Source: a virus. Taken from it: DNA of 64,000 nucleotides. The stretch lies in IMG/VR virus record IMGVR_UViG_3300047089_000113, positions 16,595 through 80,594 of that record; one strand, written 5' to 3'. Under the pieces are notes generated by a model. It did not search any database. It was given only the letters and a program-made list of their open reading frames with translations, and was not told where the DNA came from. The translations under genes were made by a program, and so were the position numbers. Position 1 is the stretch's first letter. Each line of letters begins with the position of its first letter. Shown here in pieces: positions 56,430-64,000 of this stretch.

Positions 56430-59400
56430 ATGACGATCACCGGATACCCGTACGACGATTACGACGGGACCGACGAAGCGTTCGAGCGGCTGCTGGCCAG
56501 CGATCCCGCGTACGAGGCCGACGCCAGGAACTACCTGGCTACCGGCAAGTGCCGAGGGCACCAGTTCCCGAGCGAGATATCCGCTCGCGCCGACGCCGAG
56601 GCCGACTTCACCGCAGCATCCGAGCGGACAGTAGCACCCGGACGGTGCACCGGCTGTGAGGCCGACGCCGCCGAGCTGCTGCCCTGGACCTCCAGGGAGC
56701 GGCTGTGCTGGCGCTGCGTAGACCTCCAGCTCGACCTGCTGGCCGGGGCGATCAGCGAGGGCAACGCCCTGGCGATCAACACCAGCCCGAAGGTGGTGTG
56801 GGCATGAGGGCCGACGATGCGGTCAGGTTCGTGAACGGCCTGGCCTTCAAGCCCGGCTGGCGGCCGGTAGCCGAGGTCTACACGACCGGCTACATCCAGA
56901 TCAGCTTCCTGATCGAGACCGTGGACACCAGCTACCCGGACGGCGACGGCATCTGCCGCAAGCCCATCCGCATCTTCGGCCAGGACAAGCTGGTCAACGT
57001 GACCAGCCTGGACGATGAGGGCCTGCTGGCCGAGGTGCTGAAGTGCGCGGCCGAGAACGACGAGCACGAAAACCGCGAGTTCCTGAAGGTCCGCCAGCCC
57101 GATGGGTCCTGGCAGGCCCCGCTGCACCCCCACACCGACGCGGGCAACCGCGCGTGGAGGCGGCACCAGCGGCCAGCAACCGGCGCAGCCGGGCTGCTCC
57201 AGTACCTGGAGTCGTAATGAGCCAGCCTGTCTTTGACGGGCCGGACAACTTGGAGGTGCAGGCCATCGGACTCGATGGCCGCACCGCCGAGTGGCGGGTC
57301 CGGCGGCACGGGATCTGGATGCCCTACACCGCGCCCTACTACCAAGGCCCGGATGCGCGCAACCCGCGCACCATTGCCGAGCTGGCCACCCTGGTCGATC
57401 TCGGCACCCTGAAGGAGAGAGAGCATGCTGACGCCGACCGAGCGCCGCACCCTGACCCGAACCGTGGTCAAGTCGATGCGGGCGCACCAGGTCTGGATGA
57501 CGCCCGAGCTGCGTGACCGCCCGGACGCCCTGCGCGAGCGCGATGAGGCGCTGCACCAGGCCCGTAAGGCACTGGTCGCGCTGATCAATGACCACACCGA
57601 TGAAGTCAAGGCCCGGCTGCGAGCCCGGCCGCAAGAAGGAGACCGAGATGACCACCGCGCAGCAAGCGCCTGAGCAACTGACCTGGAAGCGCCAGCCGAT
57701 GGGCGAGTACGTCGCCCGGCACGGCTTCTGGGTGTACACCGTGTTCCGCAACACCCAGGCCGCGAAAGGCCGTCAGTGGGTCCTGGAGGCATACCCCGAG
57801 GGCAACATGGACGACTCCCATGCGCGCACCGGCTTTGACACCGCCCGGACGGCCAAGACTGCGGCACTGGGCACCCACTGCTTTATCTGCGGCCGGACCA
57901 GGCCGTTCGGCACGCTGAAGCGCCAGCCCGGCCGCAGCCAGCTCTCCTACCCGACCTGGGTGTGCCGTGACGAGAAGCCGTGCCGCGCCGAGCGCGACCG
58001 GCTGACCGCCGAGCGCGAGCGGAAACTTGCCCCCGGCAACTACGCCAGCGCGCTCCAGGAGGTCGTGAGCCTCAAGGCCCGCGTCCGCAAGATGGAGACC
58101 GACGCGCTGACGCTGCGGACCAGGGCGATCGAGGTCGGCGTTCCCGAGGACGAGATCCGCCAGATCGAGTCGGCGCACTCGACCTCGGCCAAGGTGTGCA
58201 TAGCCTGCGAGCAGCCCCAGAGCGAGCCGCACCTGAGCTGGTGCCCGGTAGTCACCGGCAAGCTCAGCACGCTTCCCACAGACTGGAAATAAAACCCTGG
58301 CCTGCGGTGTTTACACCATTGAAAGGAACGCTTGAGTCACCGGGGCCGGACAGCCCGGCCCCGTATCAAGCCCGACGATGACTGAGAATAACGTCCCGGT
58401 TGAGGACATCATGACCTACGAGCAGGGCGACCTGCCCGAGGACGAGACGGTCGCCATGTTCCAGAAGCTGGTCAACAGCGGGATGGCCTGGCGGCTCCAG
58501 GGTCACTACGGCCGGACAGCCGCAGCCCTGATAGAGGCCGGGCTAGTCCAGCCAGCCGAGTAAGAGAGAAGGACAACGATGCAGATCGAGATCACCAAGG
58601 AAGACCTGATCCACGCCCGCGATGAGGGCACGATCATCGTCTTCACCGGCACCGACGATGAGACCGGTGACCGGGTGACGTTCGGAGCGGACCACCGCCC
58701 CGCCACCGCGCTGTACGAGGCGGCGCTGGAGCAGTCCGAGCCGGTCGCGGCCGAGGTCGAGCCCTACCAGGTGCTCAGCCGTATCCCGCTGCGGCGGGGC
58801 CGGATCGCCCGGACCAGGGGCGGCAACCCGGTCTCGGAGACCGCAGCGGCCTACCTGCCGCGCAACTACCAGGTGACCGGTGAGGATGACGAGTTCGTCT
58901 ACTTCGCGGGCCACGACAACGCCGGGTGGACGCTGGATGACTACGTGATCCCGCGCCTGGCCAGCGGCCTGATCTGGGCCGAGGAAGTGACGGCATGACG
59001 ATGAGCGAGAAGCCCGGCCAGTGGGGGTCGGGCCAGGTGTCCGGCCCCGCACCGAGTGGAGGACCACCATGCCCCCCGCCCCCCGGCACCTGACCGCCTC
59101 CGAGAACGGCATCATCACCAAGGCCCTGGCTGAGTACGCCCTGAAGATGGCACGCCTGGCCGCCAGCCGCAAGAACGCCGGGTCAGACAAGATCGAGCAC
59201 CGCGCCCGGCTCCGTGAGCTGTCCCGCAAGGCGGGCAACCTGGCCCGAGAGTTCGAGAAGGAGATATGACGATGGACTGCTCGCAGTGCCACGCCGACGT
59301 GCCCCGGCTCAGTGACCGGGAGGGCCACAAGATGGACTGCACCCGGCACGCCGTCACCGTGCACCTGAGCACCGGCCAGGACGGCAACATATTTGCGATC

Positions 59401-60229
59401 ATCGGGGCCGTCCGGCGCGCGATGCGCCAGGCGGGCCTGGAGCCCGCCGAGCTGGATGCGTTCACCAAGGCAGTGATGCTCACCGGCTCCTACGACGAAG
59501 CCCTACAGACCGTCATGAAGTGGGTGCACGTCACGTGAGCATCAGCCCGATCGACCGGAGCCTGGCCTTCACCGCGCTGCTCGACCAGGGCCAGTTCGCT
59601 GGCATCAGCGGGGAGCGCGGCACCGAGATGATCACCGTCTTCCTGCACGACTACTACCGGTCCTGCGACCGCTACCAGGCGGCCGGGCAGCAGTTCCCGA
59701 CCATGTACGAGTTCGCCCGGTCCTGGGAGATGCACGATGCTCCCTGAGACCGAGGACGTGCTGACCGACTGGGACCGGCTGGCTGACGCCGAGCTGACCC
59801 ACGACAAGCCGCTGGCCGACACCGAGCTGGCGCACATAGGAGCACACGATGAGCAAGCCTGAGTGGACCGAGGACCAGCTACGGGACTGGATCACGCACC
59901 AGGGCGAGGATGACGCCGCCTGGACGGCCAGCGCGCTGGACCTGACCGGGCGCTGGCTGGCCCGTGGCGACGGCGCAGCCGTTTACGAGAACCACGACAT
60001 GGGTCACCGCGACCTGGGCCTGGGCAGGCTGATCTCCTTCGGGTCGCCAGCCGCCCAGATCGAGACGGAGTACCCGCCCGACCGGCTGCCGGACTTCCCC
60101 GGCGAGATCAACTGGCGGTACGTGCTGATCGCCACCTGCAAGCGGGTGCCCGCCGAGACCGTGCCGGTGGACGTGGACCTCACGCCCGCTAAGCCAGGCC
60201 CGGACTGGGTGTGGCCCGATGAGCAATGA
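56430..60229 (+). other. Cluster of small, probably early hypothetical genes
   Basis: 56430-56807, 56804-57217, 57217-57516, 57425-57673, 57648-58292, 58378-58563, 58579-58998, 59069-59269, 59266-59538, 59535-59747 and 59849-60229, mostly with RBSs or coupling. Confidence 0.6.
58286..58317 (+). promoter_or_regulatory. GAAAT-N18-GTT promoter with operator
   Basis: GAAAT 58286, GTT 58309, GGTGTTTACACC. Confidence 0.7.
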
Positions 60230-61256
60230 GCAGTACCAGGTGGCGCGGCGGGAAGACCTGGATGCCTTCGGCCAGGTCTGCCCGCGCACGCTGAGCGCCC
60301 GCGACGTGCTGGACCTGCACGCCGACCTCCAGCGCGAGCTGGCCAGGCCGGAAATCTGGTACCGGGAGGGCCTGCTGGACTACGCGGTCAGGGACGTGGG
60401 CGACAAGCCCCAGTGGATGGCCAGTCACCTGCACCCGTCCACCTCCATGAAGAACCTGGAGCCGTGGCTGGCCTCCCTCGGCACCGACCTGTTCGGCGCG
60501 ACCACTTACCAGGTCACCGCCGAGATGATCGACCTGGCTGAGGCGCTGGCTGAGGCCAACCCGAGTATCGGCGCGATCCAGAAGGAAGACCTGCCGTCCG
60601 ACTACGGGTTCATGTGGCTGGACAAGCCGATCCCGCGTCCCTCACTTGAGGACGGGGACCGCGATCCGCTGCTGATGCACGCGGTGAGCTGGGCTCTGGT
60701 ACCCGCGATGCCCGTACGGATCGGTGACTCTGAGTCCGGCAGGCTCCACGACCGCCACGGCCTGATCGGGTTTACCGGCGTCATGCCAGCCATCCGGGTC
60801 CGCGAGTGGGGCTACAACAACAGCCCCGACGTCCGGCCCCGGCCGCTGCACCTGATGGGCCAGGCCACCATCCCGATCACGGGCGGGGTTTACACGAACC
60901 TGAAGGAGCACTGGCACGTCCACATGCTGTGGATATTGATGGGGATGGAGATCACCGCCATCCGCACCGAGCTGCCCGGTCGGCAGGGCGCGAAGCGCGC
61001 CGCCAGCCTCAAGCACAAGCTGATCCGCGTGGTCACGCTGCGCCGTCCCGAGCATAAGGACAGCGGCAAGTCCAGCGCCACGCCCCGGCACATCGACTGG
61101 AGCTGCACCTGGCTGGTACGCGGCCACTACCGCAAGGCCCCGCACGGCGGGACGTTCGCGGACGGCCGGGACGAGACCTGGGTCCGGCCGCACATCAAGG
61201 GGCCGGACGGCCTGCCGCTGCGAGCCCGCGACATCCTCTACCGGCTGGCACGCTAG
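60219..61256 (+). CDS. Conserved phage hypothetical protein
   Basis: 345 aa with a C-terminal W.VRGH.R...WV.PH.KGP motif. Confidence 0.65.
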   Translation: MSNEQYQVARREDLDAFGQVCPRTLSARDVLDLHADLQRELARPEIWYREGLLDYAVRDVGDKPQWMASHLHPSTSMKNLEPWLASLGTDLFGATTYQVTAEMIDLAEALAEANPSIGAIQKEDLPSDYGFMWLDKPIPRPSLEDGDRDPLLMHAVSWALVPAMPVRIGDSESGRLHDRHGLIGFTGVMPAIRVREWGYNNSPDVRPRPLHLMGQATIPITGGVYTNLKEHWHVHMLWILMGMEITAIRTELPGRQGAKRAASLKHKLIRVVTLRRPEHKDSGKSSATPRHIDWSCTWLVRGHYRKAPHGGTFADGRDETWVRPHIKGPDGLPLRARDILYRLAR

Positions 61257-61287
61257 GAATAAACGCCTGACCTGCGGTGTTTACACT
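61256..61287 (+). promoter_or_regulatory. GGAAT-N18-GTT promoter with operator; probable leaderless transcript
   Basis: GGAAT 61256, GTT 61279; GTG start at 61291 with no RBS. Confidence 0.75.
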
Positions 61288-61290
61288 AGT

Positions 61291-61842
61291 GTGAGCAACA
61301 ACGACAAGTACCTGATCCCCCTGGCGGGAGCCGCCCTGGCGATAGCGCTGGCTGGCTGCTCGTCTGCCAGGCCGAGCCCGGCCCCCGCGCCGACCGTCAC
61401 CGTGACGGCACCCGCGAGCCCGCGCCCGTCGCAGAGCCCGGCCCCGCCGGTTCAGCAGCCCGCACCGGTTACTACTCCTACTCAGCAGCCTGCACCGGCT
61501 AGTGATCCGGTGAGCATCCTGAAGGGGATGGGAGCGGTCCCGCTGACCGGCAACACCCGCGATGACTACGGCGACCGGATGGCCAGCGGGGTCTTCCTCG
61601 GCGCGTCCGGCTGGTCCGGCAAGATCGTCCAGCAGACCGTGAACGTCTACACCGGCAAGGACACCGCCGCCTACGCCGGGCTCACCGAGCGCCTGAATCC
61701 GGGCGACCAGGGAGCCGAGACCGGTGTCATCGAGATCCCGGCGAGCCGGGCAGTGATCATCACCTGGGCGACGGCCAGCAAGCCCGCCTGGGTGATCACG
61801 CCGCAGGCCATCGCCCAGCGAGTGCACGGCCAGCTCGCATGA
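61291..61842 (+). CDS. Lipoprotein
   Basis: Lipobox LAGC after a hydrophobic signal, then a Pro-rich linker. Confidence 0.75.
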   Translation: MSNNDKYLIPLAGAALAIALAGCSSARPSPAPAPTVTVTAPASPRPSQSPAPPVQQPAPVTTPTQQPAPASDPVSILKGMGAVPLTGNTRDDYGDRMASGVFLGASGWSGKIVQQTVNVYTGKDTAAYAGLTERLNPGDQGAETGVIEIPASRAVIITWATASKPAWVITPQAIAQRVHGQLA

Positions 61843-61852
61843 AACTTGGCGG

Positions 61853-61884
61853 GGAATAACCCCGTCACGTGTGGTGTTTACACC
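61853..61884 (+). promoter_or_regulatory. GGAAT-N18-GTT promoter with operator
   Basis: GGAAT 61853, GTT 61876; palindrome extended to GTGGTGTTTACACCAC. Confidence 0.75.
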
Positions 61885-61935
61885 ACGTAGGGCTCATCCC
61901 GAGCCCGACCACGATAGAAGATGAGGAAAACCGAT

Positions 61936-62661
61936 ATGCGCGTCAAGAGCGCCCTCGGCTGGGCCACTGCTGCGGTCATCGCAGCCGGTGTCCCCGCCAC
62001 CCTGCTCGCTGGCTCTGCCAGCGCGGCAGTCCATCACCCGGTCACCTCCGTGACCCACATCGTCAACCGGCTCGACGGCGGGGGCAACGGCCCCTGGGCG
62101 TACGACACGTTCAACCGCACCCTGACCGTCAACTACCTGGGCAAGGTCACCCCGGCGCAGATCGCCGCGAACCCCGCCCTGGCGACCACGCCGTACATCT
62201 ACAACGCGGGCATCAGCGACCAGGGCAGCTTCCGGGACATCCCCGGTGCCTACACCCCTGACCAGGGCGGCCGGGACCTCGGCAAGGTGCTGAAGCCGGT
62301 TCAGGTCTCCGGTCCCATGTCCGGCTACGGCCAGTTCGGCGTGTTCTATGCGTCGGCCAAGGCCCACAACGGGCTGGTCCCGACCTCGCTGCGCGGCGCA
62401 GCCGTCAACGCGCTCTATCCGTCGAGCACCTTCCCCGAGCTGGCGTTCCCGGCCGGGACCACGTTCAGCGGAGTCAACGAGGCCGCGTACGACTACAACT
62501 ACCAGGCGGTGCCGTTCACCAAGCACGTCGCCAGGTTCGTCAACGGCAAGTGGGTCATCCAGACGATCCACGGCTTCAAGCAGCACTGGGAGGACAGCGC
62601 CTGGAACGGCGATGGCCAGCTCCCCCGGTTCGACGGCAACATCACCGGGCTCAACCACTGA
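61936..62661 (+). CDS. Secreted beta-rich protein
   Basis: Signal peptide ending ASA; aromatic/Gly-rich. Confidence 0.65.
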   Translation: MRVKSALGWATAAVIAAGVPATLLAGSASAAVHHPVTSVTHIVNRLDGGGNGPWAYDTFNRTLTVNYLGKVTPAQIAANPALATTPYIYNAGISDQGSFRDIPGAYTPDQGGRDLGKVLKPVQVSGPMSGYGQFGVFYASAKAHNGLVPTSLRGAAVNALYPSSTFPELAFPAGTTFSGVNEAAYDYNYQAVPFTKHVARFVNGKWVIQTIHGFKQHWEDSAWNGDGQLPRFDGNITGLNH

Positions 62662-62681
62662 GGTAAGCCCGGCAGTAACCG

Positions 62682-62710
62682 AGGCCCGCCAGCCTAGCTG
62701 GCGGGTCTTT
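62682..62710. terminator. Terminator between convergent arms
   Basis: AGGCCCGCCAGC-cta-GCTGGCGGGTCT followed by TT. Confidence 0.65.
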
Positions 62711-62975
62711 GGCGTGCAGCGACGGACTTGCAGCCGGTGATCGGGTCCAGGTCGGCGGTGTCTTCCGCGCCCACCTGCGCCATCGGCTCGGTGGCCTGGT
62801 CGATGTAGCGCCACATCCCCCTCGGGTTGAGCAGGTCGAGCACCTTGGCCGAGCTGACCATGATCGTCCGGCCGTGCATGGCCTGGATCTGCTCCAGCTC
62901 GACCTGGACGCGGGCAACGGCTTCGCGGTACTCGCACGTGTGCGGCGGCGCTGGCAGGCGCAATCTGCGGGGCAT
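62694..62975 (-). CDS. Hypothetical protein
   Basis: Last ORF of the incoming tail operon. Confidence 0.4.
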   Translation of the reverse strand: MPRRLRLPAPPHTCEYREAVARVQVELEQIQAMHGRTIMVSSAKVLDLLNPRGMWRYIDQATEPMAQVGAEDTADLDPITGCKSVAARQRPAS

Positions 62976-62991
62976 GGGCTCAGCCTACGGC

Positions 62992-63264
62992 TCAGCAGCC
63001 CAGGACGAGCAGGTACCCGGTGCTCCTGTTCAGCCCGGCTGGCATGGTCACGACGGTGCCCGCGAAGTTGGCGGCGATCTCCACGAAGTCCGACTCGCCC
63101 ATCACCACGGCGCTCTTGATCACCATGAAGCTCGCGTTCTCCCCGATGGTAGCCAGGTCAATGGTGTCGTTCAGGGTGACATCGGCCAGCGCGTACAGCG
63201 CCGCCTTGTTAGCCTGCCCGGCCTGCCACTGCGGCTTGACGTTGACCCCGGTCAGGACGGCCAT
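62992..63264 (-). CDS. Small tail-associated protein
   Basis: AGGAGG RBS, MAVLTGVNV..., beta-rich 90 aa. Confidence 0.55.
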   Translation of the reverse strand: MAVLTGVNVKPQWQAGQANKAALYALADVTLNDTIDLATIGENASFMVIKSAVVMGESDFVEIAANFAGTVVTMPAGLNRSTGYLLVLGC

Positions 63265-63275
63265 TTGGGTACCTC

Positions 63276-64000
63276 CTAGTGCGAGTACTTGACGATGAGC
63301 TGCGGCATGGAGTCGGTCGAGCCGCCGCCGCCGTAGAAATAGCCGTAGCGGTCCAGCGACGTGCTGCCCGCCTTCAGCACCGTCCACCGCCCGGCCGTCT
63401 TCCACGCCGCCCAGTCCGCCGATCCGATCGTGTGCGTGAGCTTCTGGCCCTCGTTGATGTGCCAGCTCGTCAGCTCGGCGCTGATATTCGACGGGCTGCC
63501 GGGCGACCCGGCGTTCCCGTAGCGCAGCGAGACGGTCATCCCGGAGTTGTACCAGGAGTGCAGGTTGAGCAGCCGCAGCGTGACGGACTGGACCGTGTAG
63601 TTCAGCACCGTGGACAGGCCGTTGCCCCGGTTGCCGTTGGCCCACACGATCCAGGAGTGCTGGTCGTAGCTCGACCCGGAGTAGGCCCCCTGGTACATCG
63701 ACCCGTTGTGGTTCTTCTGCCCCCACTGGTCGTAGGTGTAGGTGTTCGCCGGGTAGAAGGTCTCGGTGTAGGACTGGACAGTGGTGCCGCCGCCCGAGCC
63801 GGTGCCCAGGGACAGGCCGTTGTTGACGAACTGCTGGCTGATCCAGTTGCCCAGATCCTCGATGCGCAGCTCCAGCGAGCCCTGGTACTGGAAGGTGCCA
63901 GCCTGGACGTTGGCCGTCACCAGCAGCCGGTACAGCGTGTCGGACGTCAGGTTGCCGGGGATGTACTCGCAGATCGGGGTCATGTGGTTCAGGTTGGCGT
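63276..64000 (-). CDS. Minor tail / receptor-binding protein C-terminus (5' truncated)
   Basis: G/S/Y/W-rich beta domain ending PQLIVKY, typical of actinophage minor tail proteins; frame continues to the window edge. Confidence 0.65.
   Translation of the reverse strand, partial: ANLNHMTPICEYIPGNLTSDTLYRLLVTANVQAGTFQYQGSLELRIEDLGNWISQQFVNNGLSLGTGSGGGTTVQSYTETFYPANTYTYDQWGQKNHNGSMYQGAYSGSSYDQHSWIVWANGNRGNGLSTVLNYTVQSVTLRLLNLHSWYNSGMTVSLRYGNAGSPGSPSNISAELTSWHINEGQKLTHTIGSADWAAWKTAGRWTVLKAGSTSLDRYGYFYGGGGSTDSMPQLIVKYSH

Noticed and set aside
39064-62661. Long minus-strand ORFs (e.g. 48951-50156, 56531-57754, 54907-55836)
   Set aside because: Shadows of motif-bearing plus-strand genes.
1-64000. 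Integrase, attP, reverse transcriptase/DGR or sigma factor genes
   Set aside because: No recombinase, RT or sigma motifs were recognised; they could lie outside the window.

Overview
This window is most of the genome of a high-GC tailed phage, almost certainly of an actinobacterial host (Lsr2-like, Rpf, GH25 lysin and actinobacterial promoter motifs). It appears circularly permuted: head/neck genes run leftward off position 1 and a minor tail gene re-enters at 64000, so the tail tube and tape measure genes lie outside the window. The leftward arm (about 38.9 kb to 1) holds prim-pol, an ATPase/helicase with an iteron-rich origin, many small genes, a lysis cassette, an Rpf plus NlpC/P60 secreted cassette, terminase, portal, MuF, protease/scaffold, capsid and neck genes. 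The rightward arm (39.0-62.7 kb) holds Toprim- and ParB-like proteins, PolA, RuvC, Lsr2, SNF2, exonuclease/Sak4/SSB, vWA, DUF932 and small genes. No integrase, tRNA or CRISPR was seen. Two systems stand out. (1) Between MuF and the prohead protease lie about 8.5 kb of apparent polyproteins. Their unrelated cargo domains (glycosylase-like, ParB-like, HExxH peptidase, basic helical hairpins, a membrane segment) each begin with a [ILV]-[DE]-[LM] site, also repeated in the protease/scaffold, and most are followed by a short tag (RDxxGRW or HGWIK). This suggests protease-released, capsid-packaged effectors. (2) One palindrome, GGTGT-N2-ACACC, overlaps the -10 region of two promoter classes: eight GGAAT-N18-GTT (SigR/SigH stress-sigma type) promoters and several TAGGGT/TAGGCT housekeeping-type promoters. 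All family assignments come from motif recognition by eye, not from database searches.
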